Positions 38,706 through 48,789 are shown, numbered from the stretch's first letter. The stretch: DNA of 64,000 nucleotides from Candidatus Geothermarchaeota archaeon (GCA_015523605.1 WAKC01000043.1:47339-111338), one strand, 5' to 3'. Program-made: numbers and translations. The notes: generated by a model from the letters alone, not told the origin.

Positions 38706-39877
38706 GCTGGAGTAGCTATGTAAAGGATGTAACCTCTATTTTAGATGACAAAGTCAAAAGGTTGGGAATTGAAAGGACGGTCAACCATTATGAAGAAGAT
38801 ATCGTTAAGATTTTGGGTGAATATCCAGAGACTCTGGAGCTTGCTAAGGAGGTAAGGAAGATTCGGGAGGAAGCCCTTGATAAGAATGCTTACTTGGTTG
38901 ATAGGCTTGAATCTAAATGTAAAAAGGTTGGTATCGACTTCTATTATGCAAAGTCACCAAGTGACGTCCTTAGATATATTGGTGATCTAATTGGAGGTGG
39001 GAAGACGGTTGTGAAGAGTAAGAGTATGGTTAGTGAGGAGGTAGGTCTCAGAAAATATTTGGAGGATCTGGGTACTGAGGTTTGGGAGACGGATTTGGGA
39101 GAGTTTATACTCCAACTTGCTGATGATACACCTATGCATATTGTAACGCCATCCATCCACTATAGTAAGGAGAGGGTCGCTGAGATATTTTCAAGAAAGT
39201 TTGGTAAGAGGTTTGATCCTAATGATGTGGAGGGTATGGTTAGATTCTTCAGTAGCTTTATGAGGAGAAAATATTTTGAATCGGACTTTGGGATAATAGG
39301 GAGCAACTCTCTTGGGGTGGAGGAGCCTGCATCCCTATTGATTCATAATGAGGGTAATATCACATTGACCTATAACACACCTGATAAGATAGTGGTTTTA
39401 ACAGATATTTTTAAGCTTGTACCGTCAGTAAAGGACTCGATTAAGATTGCTTTGGTTACGAGTAGATATGCGGGGTATAGAATAGCGGGTTACTATGATG
39501 TAATATTTTACAAGTCTCTTGTAGAGAGGGGTAAGGACGTCCACCTAGTTCTTCTCGATGGTGGTAGGAAAAAGATTTTGGAGGAGCGGGAGTTTACAGA
39601 GGCTGCCCTATGTATTAAATGTGGTGCATGCATGTATAAATGCACTGTATACCAATTGATTGGAGGAGTCTTTGGAGGTCCTGCATATCCATCTGGGATA
39701 GGCACTATAATAGCCTCCTTCTTACATGGCGTGGAGAATTTGGTTCCATCTTTATATACATGTCTTTTAGATGGTAGATGTGTAGAGGCATGTCCAATAG
39801 ATATTGATATACCGTCTATGATTGTTAAGCTTAGAGCCTACTATATATCTAGAGCATCCTCTCGATATAATGGATAA
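38702..39877 (+). CDS. LUD-domain / 4Fe-4S ferredoxin protein, LutB-like
   Basis: N-terminal LUD-like region and C-terminal CIKCGACMYKC...CLLDGRCVEACP, two 4Fe-4S motifs. 4-nt overlap with the upstream gene. Confidence 0.6.
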   Translation: MSWSSYVKDVTSILDDKVKRLGIERTVNHYEEDIVKILGEYPETLELAKEVRKIREEALDKNAYLVDRLESKCKKVGIDFYYAKSPSDVLRYIGDLIGGGKTVVKSKSMVSEEVGLRKYLEDLGTEVWETDLGEFILQLADDTPMHIVTPSIHYSKERVAEIFSRKFGKRFDPNDVEGMVRFFSSFMRRKYFESDFGIIGSNSLGVEEPASLLIHNEGNITLTYNTPDKIVVLTDIFKLVPSVKDSIKIALVTSRYAGYRIAGYYDVIFYKSLVERGKDVHLVLLDGGRKKILEEREFTEAALCIKCGACMYKCTVYQLIGGVFGGPAYPSGIGTIIASFLHGVENLVPSLYTCLLDGRCVEACPIDIDIPSMIVKLRAYYISRASSRYNG

Positions 39878-40565
39878 CAGTTACTGCAAGGCCCATACCT
39901 ATAAGTACTTGGAACAAGTTATAGAATAGCTCGACATAGGCTGCAGCTCCGAATACTATATACTGGGCGATGAAGTATCCCAGTATCATCTCCATTCCAC
40001 CTATGAACATCGCCATTATATCGGCTGTTCTATCTGGGTTTTTCATAGTTGCATAGAATGTAATTCCCAGCATAACTGTACCTACGGCAAGCCAGAGTAG
40101 TGTTGAGAATGGTAGGATATATGTGGTGTTTAGCAGGGTTACCTCGGCTTCTCCTATATAGTAAGTACTCCCAATAGATATGGCTAGAGCTGCGACTGCG
40201 AAGGAGGCTGTTATACCCATCCATCTTGTAAATCTTATCTTCCTAAGTTTGAAGGCTAGATAGCCCACTATGAATCCTTCTAGTCCCTTGACCACGAATG
40301 TTATGGGTGCGTAAAACTCATAACCTAGAAATACATCGGCTAATGCGGAACCTACTCCACCGGCTATCATACCTACTAATGGCCCTCCAGTTAATGCCGC
40401 TATGTAGACCCCGAATTCTCCAATATTAAAGAATCCGTGGGTGGCTGGGATGTATATCGATATTACTATAGTTGCTAGGAATGTAAATGCTATCATTAAT
40501 GCTGAATATGCGATTTGGAGGGAGCGGTTAGACTCTATTCTTTCCCTTAGAGACATCCCAATCAA
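39849..40565 (-). CDS. small polytopic membrane protein, ECF-transporter S-component-like
   Basis: 238 aa, 6 TM segments, Gly-rich helices (GGPLVGMIAGGVGSALAD). Resembles ECF S subunits; substrate unknown. Confidence 0.35.
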   Translation of the reverse strand: MIGMSLRERIESNRSLQIAYSALMIAFTFLATIVISIYIPATHGFFNIGEFGVYIAALTGGPLVGMIAGGVGSALADVFLGYEFYAPITFVVKGLEGFIVGYLAFKLRKIRFTRWMGITASFAVAALAISIGSTYYIGEAEVTLLNTTYILPFSTLLWLAVGTVMLGITFYATMKNPDRTADIMAMFIGGMEMILGYFIAQYIVFGAAAYVELFYNLFQVLIGMGLAVTVIHYIERML

Positions 40566-40620
40566 AAATTTATTGATGATATACTGAGGTATATAATTTA
40601 ACCTTTAAGGTTATATCATT

Positions 40621-40699
40621 TTTTGGCCCCCTACTCACACTCACGGAGGCCATAGATACTATGGTCGATGAGGTTGAGTCGGTCAGGGGGGCCACAAAA
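40621..40699 (-). other. GC-rich nested inverted repeat in intergenic region (candidate structured RNA/terminator)
   Basis: TTTTGGCCCCCT (40621-40632) pairs with AGGGGGGCCACAAAA (40685-40699). Inside lies an inner hairpin CCATAG-ATA-CTATGG (40650-40664) and a direct repeat ACTCACACTCAC. Confidence 0.3.
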
Positions 40700-40723
40700 G
40701 ATAAAAAAGGAGTTTAGAGGTAG

Positions 40724-41428
40724 TTAGACGAAGAATGTATTGGATTCTCCTGGGTTTAATATTATAACCTTTGTTGAGGTGCTTTCCTCAACTTTACTCT
40801 TGAATTCATTTGGATCTGCTTTGATTACGTCGAAGGTGTTGTAATGCATAGGTATAACATACTCAGGCTTTATCAGTTTAGTGGCCTCTACCGCCTCGTC
40901 TATACCCATTGTAAAGTGGCTACCAATGGGGAGTAGTGCAAGGGTCACATTATAAAGTTTACCTATCAACTCCATACTTGAGAAGACCCCGGTATCACCT
41001 GCATGGTATATAGTGAATCCGGGGAATCTTACTACAAAGCCTGTTGCAGTACCTATACCCATACTTGAATGTGTCGCCTCTACTTGGGTAATTAAGACCT
41101 CGACTCCATTCTTCTTAAACTTCCATGTACCACCTATATTCATACCCACGAAATCTTTGGCGCCACATTTCTCTGCAAGGTGTGAAGCTAATTCGTAGAC
41201 TGCAACTATCTTAGCTTTAGGATTGTTCTTTAGGATTTCGCATGTGTCACCAACATGGTCTTGATGCGCATGGGTGACTAGAATAAGGTCGACATCCTTG
41301 AAATCTCCTGCTTTTTTCGGTGATGCCACTAAGAATGGGTCTATAAGTATCTTCACCTTTCCATCATAGTCTATCTCAAATGCTGCATGTCCAAGCCAAG
41401 TTACTTTAATATCAGCCATAGTTACCAC
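40724..41428 (-). CDS. metallo-beta-lactamase-fold hydrolase (UPF0173-like)
   Basis: HAHQDHVGD metal-binding motif plus further His/Asp ligands. Confidence 0.75.
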   Translation of the reverse strand: MVTMADIKVTWLGHAAFEIDYDGKVKILIDPFLVASPKKAGDFKDVDLILVTHAHQDHVGDTCEILKNNPKAKIVAVYELASHLAEKCGAKDFVGMNIGGTWKFKKNGVEVLITQVEATHSSMGIGTATGFVVRFPGFTIYHAGDTGVFSSMELIGKLYNVTLALLPIGSHFTMGIDEAVEATKLIKPEYVIPMHYNTFDVIKADPNEFKSKVEESTSTKVIILNPGESNTFFV

Positions 41429-41471
41429 CGTCTCAACATTCTAATATAGGGGGCTATCCATTTAAATTTAT

Positions 41472-41963
41472 TTGGATGTCGAGTATACAGAGGGTGTCTA
41501 TTTTATGTCCAGAATTATCTATGAACGTTCTGCAGGGGCCATCATATTCTATCTCACAGATGATGGTAGAAGGCTTTATCTTCTTCTACATTATCCTAGT
41601 GGGCATTGGGACTTTCCGAAGGGGATTATAGAGCCGGGTGAGGAGGAGTTGGAAACCATTTATAGGGAGGTTTATGAGGAGACCGGTATTCCAAGAGATA
41701 AGTTGATACTTATTGATGGTTTCAGGCGGACGATAAGCTATAAATTCATGAGCCATGGAAATGTCGTTAGTAAGACAGTTATATTCCGGTTGATGCAGTC
41801 TCTAACAATGGATGTAAGGATATCTTGGGAGCATAAGGGATATATATGGCTCGAATATCCTGATGCAGTTAAAAAGGCTACTTATAAATCTGCTAAGAAC
41901 CTCCTTAAGGAGGCTGAACTCCATATAAGGCGGTTGATTAAGGAGGGTAAGATTAGGGTATAG
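41472..41963 (+). CDS. Nudix hydrolase
   Basis: Nudix box GHWDFPKGIIEPGEEELETIYREVYEETGI. Confidence 0.8.
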   Translation: MDVEYTEGVYFMSRIIYERSAGAIIFYLTDDGRRLYLLLHYPSGHWDFPKGIIEPGEEELETIYREVYEETGIPRDKLILIDGFRRTISYKFMSHGNVVSKTVIFRLMQSLTMDVRISWEHKGYIWLEYPDAVKKATYKSAKNLLKEAELHIRRLIKEGKIRV

Positions 41964-42067
41964 AAGGTAAATACATTATATCCCCAGATATTTATGGGGT
42001 ATATGTTATACAGAGGCTATTTATTAAGGATGTATCTACACTAAATTTTAATGGTGGATTTAAGAAT

Positions 42068-43060
42068 ATGGTTCTAACGGATAGGTTTAACAGGCCTGTT
42101 ATCGGTGCCAGGATAAGTGTAAATAGTAGTTTACGCTGTAATTATAGCTGTATATTCTGCCATAAAGAGGGCATATTTGAAGAGCCCAGATATATGACTC
42201 CTGAGGAGATTGAGCGTGTGGTTAGAGTTCTCCATAGGTTTGGAGTTAGGTATGTAAAGATTACTGGCGGGGAGCCTATGCTTCGTAAAGATATTGTGGA
42301 GATTGTGGCTAGGATAAAATCAGTTGGTATACAAGAAATATCGATGACTACAACTGGATTTAGGCTTGAGAATCTGGCTTGGGATCTTAAAGAGGCTGGT
42401 CTCGACAGAGTTAACATAAGCTTACATAGTCTGAAAAGGGATAGATACTATTTCATTACGAAGATGGATAGACGCGATGAAACTCTTAAGGCTGTTGAAG
42501 CAGCTTTAGATGCTGGGCTTCTACCAATCAAATTGAATATGGTTATCCTTAAAGATGTTAATGAAGATGAAGTTTGGGATATGATTGAATATAGCCATTC
42601 CATAGGAGGTGGTGAGACTAATACGGTACAGTTTATAGAACTTTTAAATGCTGATCCGAACTTCTTCAGGAGACATTTCTATCCCCTCGATAATATCGAG
42701 AAGGAGCTTGAACCTAGGGTTGTGAGGAAGTATAGGCGTAGTCTTCATAATAGGATGGTCTATGTGTTAGACAATGGTGTCCATGTAGAGTTTGTGAAGC
42801 CGATGTGGAATAATGCCTTTTGTATGGGTAATGATAGAATTCGGATTACATATGACGGTAAGTTTAAACCATGCCTAATGAGGAGTGATAATCACGTTGA
42901 CTTCATCACCTATATCAGAGACGGATATGGAGATGAATATATTGCTAAGAAGTTTATAGAGGCTGTATATAATAGAGAGCCTTTCTTCAAAACTGACCGA
43001 GACACTCTTAAAGACTTTAATATTGGTGAACATATAGATAAGACGGTTTGTCCAATATAG
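42068..43060 (+). CDS. moaA: GTP 3',8-cyclase (radical SAM), molybdenum cofactor biosynthesis protein A
   Basis: Radical-SAM CNYSCIFCH, GGEPMLR, and a MoaA C-terminal domain. Confidence 0.85.
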   Translation: MVLTDRFNRPVIGARISVNSSLRCNYSCIFCHKEGIFEEPRYMTPEEIERVVRVLHRFGVRYVKITGGEPMLRKDIVEIVARIKSVGIQEISMTTTGFRLENLAWDLKEAGLDRVNISLHSLKRDRYYFITKMDRRDETLKAVEAALDAGLLPIKLNMVILKDVNEDEVWDMIEYSHSIGGGETNTVQFIELLNADPNFFRRHFYPLDNIEKELEPRVVRKYRRSLHNRMVYVLDNGVHVEFVKPMWNNAFCMGNDRIRITYDGKFKPCLMRSDNHVDFITYIRDGYGDEYIAKKFIEAVYNREPFFKTDRDTLKDFNIGEHIDKTVCPI

Positions 43061-43069
43061 ATTAGTGTA

Positions 43070-44323
43070 ATGAGTGGATTGGGTAGTGGTTTTAAAAGGC
43101 TTACGGATGTCGAGACTGCTATAAACAAGTTTCTCATGTATGTAAAACCTGTTGAAGATATTGAAGAGGTTTCTCTAAAGGACTTGGCTGGTAGGGTATT
43201 GGCGGAGGATGTAGTCTCTCCAATTGATGTACCAAATTTTAATAGGAGTGCTATGGATGGCTATGCTGTTCTGAGTTCAGATGTTGTATCAGCCTCTATG
43301 GATAATCCTGTAAGGCTAAAGTTGGTAGGGAGATCCACAACTTCACAGCCATTTAAAGGTGAACTTCATCCTGGTGAGGCTGTTAGAATAGATACAGGTG
43401 CTATAATGCCTGATAATGCTGATGCGGTTGTGATGGTTGAATATGCGAGCGAATCCGGAGGATATGTCGATATTTTCAAGAATGTAGGGAAATATGACAA
43501 TGTTTCTCTTAAGGGTGAGGATATTAAGGAGGGTGAGATTGTAGCACCCAAAGGACGTCTCATTACTCCACATGATTTGATGGCGTTGGCATCATTAAAC
43601 CTAAGTAAGTTCAAGGTTTTTCGGAAGGTTAGAATCGGTATCGCTGCATTCGGTTCCGAACTGGTTGATTCAGATTCTGCTCCAGAAGGTAAGATTAGAG
43701 AAGTTAATAGGGTCTTCTTTTCTAGGGCTTTAGAGGATTATCCGGTAGAGATTAGGGATTATGGGATTTTAGAGGATGATGTCGAGCTTATAAGGGATTT
43801 CCTTATGAAGTCTTCAATGGAGAATGACCTGACCGTCTCATTTGGCGGTACTTCATTGGGGCAGGGTGACTTGGTCCGTGATGCTGTGGAGCGTGTTGGT
43901 GATATTATTATACATGGTGTTGCTCTACAGCCTTCGAAACCTGTCTTACTTGCATTGGTCAATGATAAGCCGTATATTGGGCTTCCCGGTTATCCGGTTG
44001 CTGTAGCTATCTCTACGGATGTATTTGTATATCCAGTGGTTAAGAGATTAGCTGGTATTCATGGAGTTTATATTCCAAGGGTTGTTAGGGGTATGTTGAC
44101 AAGGCGTGTACCCTCTAAAGTGGGTTTAAAACATTATGTGAGAGTTAAGATCAAAGTTAGAGATGAGATATATGTTGAGCCGGTATATGCATCCGGTGCA
44201 GGGATTACCTCAAGTCTCTCTATGGCGGATGGATATCTAGTTATTGATGAGGGTAAGGAGGGTTATGAAGAGGGTGAAGAGGTAGATGTTATGCTGTTTA
44301 GGAGGTTTTTAGAAGATGTCTAA
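43070..44323 (+). CDS. moeA: molybdopterin molybdotransferase
   Basis: MoeA N-terminal, MoCF-binding (GGTS.G..D) and C-terminal domains. Confidence 0.8.
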   Translation: MSGLGSGFKRLTDVETAINKFLMYVKPVEDIEEVSLKDLAGRVLAEDVVSPIDVPNFNRSAMDGYAVLSSDVVSASMDNPVRLKLVGRSTTSQPFKGELHPGEAVRIDTGAIMPDNADAVVMVEYASESGGYVDIFKNVGKYDNVSLKGEDIKEGEIVAPKGRLITPHDLMALASLNLSKFKVFRKVRIGIAAFGSELVDSDSAPEGKIREVNRVFFSRALEDYPVEIRDYGILEDDVELIRDFLMKSSMENDLTVSFGGTSLGQGDLVRDAVERVGDIIIHGVALQPSKPVLLALVNDKPYIGLPGYPVAVAISTDVFVYPVVKRLAGIHGVYIPRVVRGMLTRRVPSKVGLKHYVRVKIKVRDEIYVEPVYASGAGITSSLSMADGYLVIDEGKEGYEEGEEVDVMLFRRFLEDV

Positions 44324-46280
44324 GCCGTTATTCAAAGAATTGATAACACCTGATGAAGCTAGAAAAATTCTATATAATTCCTTTGGATTCCAACCCAAAA
44401 CTGAATATATACCTATTGGAGAATGTCTTGGTAGGGTATTGGCCGGAGATATAGTTTCTCCTATTGACCTACCTCCCTATACTAGAAGTCTTCGAGATGG
44501 ATATGCCGTCAAGGCTGAGGATATCGCTCCAGCAAGGGAGGATAGGCCTGTGAAGCTTAAGGTCATAGGTAGTGTGGAGGCCGGCGGCCAATTTAAAGGT
44601 TCTTTAAAGAGTGGTGAGGCCGTTAGGGTGGCGACTGGAGCTCATATTCCCCCTGGAGCTAATACCATCGTGATGGAAGAATATACTAGATATGAAGATG
44701 GATATGTATATGTATATAAGTCTTCTTCACCTGGTGAGTGGATCCAGCACGCCGGTTCAGACGTCTCCAAGGGAGATTTGATATATCGAAGAGGAACTCT
44801 ATTAGGACCTAGAGAAGTCGGTGTCCTGGCTGGACTAGGCTTTGATAAGGTTCCAGTCTATAAAAGACTTAAGGTCGGGATTATAAGTAGTGGCAATGAG
44901 CTGGTTCCGCCTGGTGAGAAATTAAGGTTTGGAGAGATTTATGATGTAAATAGCTACAGCATATCTACTCTTCTAAGAGAAGATGGGTGTGATACATATT
45001 TTTTGGGTATAGCTAGAGACGAGTTCGACTCAATATATGGCAAGATTAAGGAGGCCGTTAAAGATTTTGATGTTGTCGTATTTTCAGGGGCAACCAGTGT
45101 GGGCGTTAAAGATCTTCTCTATGAAGTTCTTACAAGCTTCAGTTCGTTCCAGCCACTATTTTATGGAATACGTATAAAACCTGGTAAACCGACTATAGCC
45201 GCCCTAATAGATGATAAGCTCTTTATTGGACTACCTGGTTTCCCCGTCTCAGGGTTAATGGTATATCTACATATATTCTCCGATGTGATTAGAAAGGTTA
45301 ACGGTCTACCTCCGAGAGGTAGGATATCCATTGAGGCGGTCTCCGGAAGGTTTTTTAAGAGTGTGTTTGGCGTTGAACATTTATATCCAGTCTTTCTGAA
45401 GAGTAGGAAAGGTAACATATATTTCTATCCAATCCATACAGATAGTGGAGCCATCGCCACCTTAAGCCAGAGTGACGGCTTCATAATCATACCCGATGAT
45501 ACTACCTATGTAGATAAAGGTGATAGATATAATGTTGTTCTATTCAGCTTATATAATAAGCCATCTGACCTTATCGTCTATACAAGTCATAGTAGAGTAG
45601 TGGATAACATACTTCATAGATTTGTAGAGGAGAATAATATTGTTCTGAAGAGGATATTCTCCGGTTCAATGGGGGCGCTTCTCGGTGTGAAAGAAGGTTA
45701 TAACGATTTTGGAACGATACATCTTGTAGACGAGAATGGCGAATATAACATTCCATATGTTAAGATGTATGGCGTTGATAATGCAATATTATATCATGGT
45801 TTTTGGAGGGAGATTGGATTTGTAGTTGCCAAGGGCAATCCTTACAGAATCAAAAGTATTAAGGATTTGATTAATAAGGAACTAAAGTTTATCAACCGGC
45901 CATTGGGCTCTGGTATTAGGACGTATCTGGATAATGAGTTGAAACGGTTGGCATCGGAAGAGGGATGTGACTTTAAAGAATTAGTTAGAAAAATAGAGGG
46001 GTATGACACTATAGCTAATACTCATTCTGCGGTTGTCACATCGGTTGAACAGGGATTGTATGACGTTGGTATCGTTGCTAGGGAGGCTATTGAAGGGTAT
46101 AACGTGGATTTTATACCGATACATTGGGAGAGAGTTGACTTTATATTTAATAATGAGACGGTAGATGAAGAGCCTGTAAAGAGGTGGATTGAGTATCTAT
46201 CTTCTGGAGAGGCTAAGAGGTTTCTATCCTCTGTTGATGGAATTAGGGTTGATAATAAATATTTCACTAGGCTAATCTAA
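44316..46280 (+). CDS. moeA: MoeA paralog fused to C-terminal periplasmic-binding-protein-like (molybdate/tungstate-binding-like) domain
   Basis: Second MoeA core (SGATSVGVKD) followed by a ~250-aa extension, giving 654 aa in total. 8-nt overlap with the upstream moeA. Confidence 0.7.
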   Translation: MSKPLFKELITPDEARKILYNSFGFQPKTEYIPIGECLGRVLAGDIVSPIDLPPYTRSLRDGYAVKAEDIAPAREDRPVKLKVIGSVEAGGQFKGSLKSGEAVRVATGAHIPPGANTIVMEEYTRYEDGYVYVYKSSSPGEWIQHAGSDVSKGDLIYRRGTLLGPREVGVLAGLGFDKVPVYKRLKVGIISSGNELVPPGEKLRFGEIYDVNSYSISTLLREDGCDTYFLGIARDEFDSIYGKIKEAVKDFDVVVFSGATSVGVKDLLYEVLTSFSSFQPLFYGIRIKPGKPTIAALIDDKLFIGLPGFPVSGLMVYLHIFSDVIRKVNGLPPRGRISIEAVSGRFFKSVFGVEHLYPVFLKSRKGNIYFYPIHTDSGAIATLSQSDGFIIIPDDTTYVDKGDRYNVVLFSLYNKPSDLIVYTSHSRVVDNILHRFVEENNIVLKRIFSGSMGALLGVKEGYNDFGTIHLVDENGEYNIPYVKMYGVDNAILYHGFWREIGFVVAKGNPYRIKSIKDLINKELKFINRPLGSGIRTYLDNELKRLASEEGCDFKELVRKIEGYDTIANTHSAVVTSVEQGLYDVGIVAREAIEGYNVDFIPIHWERVDFIFNNETVDEEPVKRWIEYLSSGEAKRFLSSVDGIRVDNKYFTRLI

Positions 46281-46313
46281 TCATATATAACATGTTATCT
46301 CTAGGGTGGTGGT

Positions 46314-46844
46314 ATGACAAAAAGTTCTAAGGTTATTCCTCTCTTTGTATTACTAGTCTTCATTACTGCTCTGGTCGGGATATTTGTCTCGAATCTGGAG
46401 ACGAAGCCAGGTATCATGGATGAAGACTTCTTAAATCTTATAATTGATAGAAATACAAAACTCAGGAATATAATTCCGAAAAACGACTTTACAATATTGG
46501 TTTTCTTTCGTGCCCAAGCTTTTGAAGATAAGAGTCCATTGGACAGTCTTTTAAAGTTTAAATCTCTAGACCTTACGGCTGAATATGGAATAGTTATGCT
46601 CGGCATTGATGGAGATTACAATTCATATAGAGAGTTTCTAATGAAGAATGCAAAATACTTTCTATCCTTTACATGGCTGTATACCAACAATACAAACTAT
46701 TTTAGATATGTCGAGGAGCCTGGTGAGCTCAATATTTATGTATTCTGGATTGAGGATGGCAATCTTAAATTCGAGTATTTAGGAGCGAATCTCACCGCCA
46801 ATGAAATCAGGGATGGACTTGAGAGGCTGGGATTTATCGAGTGA
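46314..46844 (+). CDS. hypothetical membrane-anchored protein
   Basis: N-terminal TM helix. No motif. Confidence 0.35.
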   Translation: MTKSSKVIPLFVLLVFITALVGIFVSNLETKPGIMDEDFLNLIIDRNTKLRNIIPKNDFTILVFFRAQAFEDKSPLDSLLKFKSLDLTAEYGIVMLGIDGDYNSYREFLMKNAKYFLSFTWLYTNNTNYFRYVEEPGELNIYVFWIEDGNLKFEYLGANLTANEIRDGLERLGFIE

Positions 46845-47754
46845 CTATAGTGCCGACCCTACCCTTTAACGCCTCTTTAGCCCTATTGAGGCTGGTAATA
46901 ATAGCCTCTCCACCAGAATACTCGACAAATTCTACTACCGCTTCAATCTTAGGCTTTATACTACCCTCTTCAAAATCGTATTCACTAAGTAGATTCCTGA
47001 GTTCATCAACTGTTATCTCCTTTATAGGCGTCATATCCGGCTCTCCATAGTTTAAATATACATAATCCTCACCGGTTAGTATGACGAATCTATCTACCTT
47101 TAGAATCCGGGCTAGCAGCGAACTCGCCTTATCCTTATCTATAACTGCATCTACACCTCTAAATCTACTACCCTCTCTGACTACGGGTATCCCACCCCCT
47201 CCACATGCTATGGTTATCACTCCCGATTCAAACAGCCTCTTAATGACATTCTTTTCAAGTATGTCTATAGGTTCTGGACTCGGCACAACCCTTCTCCAAC
47301 CTTTAGATGTATTCACAAATTTCCAATCCCCATATTTATCCAGCATTTCAACCATCTCATCGAAGGTATAAACCGGGCCTATTGGTTTCTGAGGGTTTTT
47401 GAATGCGGGATCATCCCTATCTACTAGAACATGTGTTATAACTGGGACTGCCTGCTGCTCCCCCCTCGTTACGTTTGATATGGCAAGGGCTAGAACATGT
47501 CCTATAAATCCTTGTGTCTCACTTACAGCTGCATACAATGGATATGGTTTAATATCTTCAGCAGCTAAGTATCTTAGGAGCGTGATCCCAACCTGTGTGC
47601 CATTTCCATGGGTTATTATTATCTGGTCATCGGGTGAGAGTCCCTCTAAAATCTTGCTCATAGTTTTTACTGCATTTTTGTATTGAATCTCGAATGTTGG
47701 TTCTTGATTTGGTTCGAGTAGGGCATTTCCTCCTAGAGCTACCAATATTTTCAT
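46834..47754 (-). CDS. arcC: carbamate kinase
   Basis: N-terminal MKILVALGGNALL and an amino-acid-kinase fold with the carbamate kinase C-terminal region. Confidence 0.8.
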   Translation of the reverse strand: MKILVALGGNALLEPNQEPTFEIQYKNAVKTMSKILEGLSPDDQIIITHGNGTQVGITLLRYLAAEDIKPYPLYAAVSETQGFIGHVLALAISNVTRGEQQAVPVITHVLVDRDDPAFKNPQKPIGPVYTFDEMVEMLDKYGDWKFVNTSKGWRRVVPSPEPIDILEKNVIKRLFESGVITIACGGGGIPVVREGSRFRGVDAVIDKDKASSLLARILKVDRFVILTGEDYVYLNYGEPDMTPIKEITVDELRNLLSEYDFEEGSIKPKIEAVVEFVEYSGGEAIITSLNRAKEALKGRVGTIVTR

Positions 47755-47829
47755 GACAATTCAATAGTAAAGCCTTCGGCTCTATTTTAAGGTTTGGTAT
47801 CTAATGGGGGTAAAAATATTTATGTTGGG

Positions 47830-48492
47830 TTATAAAGCAGTTAGTAAGTATAGCACGATGAATGCTGAGGAAGGAGCTAATACGTTATCATCTATCCATT
47901 TATATTCAAAGTGTTCAGCTATACTGGCTACTAATGCGGCTAATATGCCTATCCATCCAATGTAGAAATATGCTATCGGTGCTGATACGATGAACATGGC
48001 TAGGTTTCCTATCCAATGTTTCGTCCTTCTTTTGAAGAGATAGTTTCTAACTATACCTGTGACGGCGTCTCCAAATGCCATAAAGGATATTAGGACTACG
48101 GCGTAGGTCATATCCCCCCATATATAGTAGGATATTGGGAACATTATGCCCCAGACGATGCAGAAGTTGACATCATACATGTTATCTGGTACTTGGAACC
48201 ATTCGTATATCTTCCCTCGTAGATAAGGTATTAGAACTGCTATGGCCAATAGTATTCCTAATACGAAGGGTATCAGGGGTCCCTTGTAGATATATGGGAC
48301 AAGTAGTGCTACCACTCCACCTGCGAATATATGGATAATCTTTCTGTTGTAATATCTCATTCTTCTATCCCCAACCCTATCTACGTACTTCTCGTATAGC
48401 TTCCTTGTGACGACGAAGACTATAACTGATACGTATAGGAGGAGGATTATCGAGGCGACTACCTCTTCCATAGACACTTGGAAGATGCTCAT
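47830..48492 (-). CDS. polytopic membrane protein, dolichol/polyprenol kinase or CdsA-like (cytidylyltransferase family)
   Basis: AFGDAVTGIVRNYLFKRRTKHWIGNLA resembles the Sec59/DolK C-terminal motif. About 6 TM helices. Confidence 0.35.
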   Translation of the reverse strand: MSIFQVSMEEVVASIILLLYVSVIVFVVTRKLYEKYVDRVGDRRMRYYNRKIIHIFAGGVVALLVPYIYKGPLIPFVLGILLAIAVLIPYLRGKIYEWFQVPDNMYDVNFCIVWGIMFPISYYIWGDMTYAVVLISFMAFGDAVTGIVRNYLFKRRTKHWIGNLAMFIVSAPIAYFYIGWIGILAALVASIAEHFEYKWIDDNVLAPSSAFIVLYLLTAL

Positions 48493-48534
48493 TAAAAATA
48501 TTATATCTCGATATCAGAAATATCTATCGGGCCT

Positions 48535-48789
48535 CTATCTTTCCTCGTTTATATCTTTATAGGAGAGTCTAATCCCTTCATCCTCGAGTGTTATTTTCAG
48601 GAGTAGTCTCTTAACAATATTCTCCTTTGTATTGAACTCTTTACCACATATTCCACATTCAATATCTGATTCCATGTCTAGGATATACCATGAAGCGTCT
48701 ACATAGAGTTTTCCACAGTTTGGACACCTTATTAATGTCACGTCTAGATATGCTTCTTCATTCATAAAATTATAATTGTCCGACTTCAT
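48535..48789 (-). CDS. small zinc-ribbon protein
   Basis: CPNCGK...CGICGK, a two CxxC pair. 84 aa. Confidence 0.4.
   Translation of the reverse strand: MKSDNYNFMNEEAYLDVTLIRCPNCGKLYVDASWYILDMESDIECGICGKEFNTKENIVKRLLLKITLEDEGIRLSYKDINEER

Noticed and set aside
40573-40587. C-box-like TGATGA followed 4 nt later by a D-box-like CTGA
   Set aside because: Spacing is far too short for a C/D box sRNA and no matching C'/D' pair was found nearby. Probably chance in AT-rich promoter DNA.
40661-40717. 18-codon ORF (MVDEVESVRGATKDKKG) inside the GC-rich hairpin region
   Set aside because: Too short, no SD, and it overlaps the structured inverted repeat. More likely non-coding.
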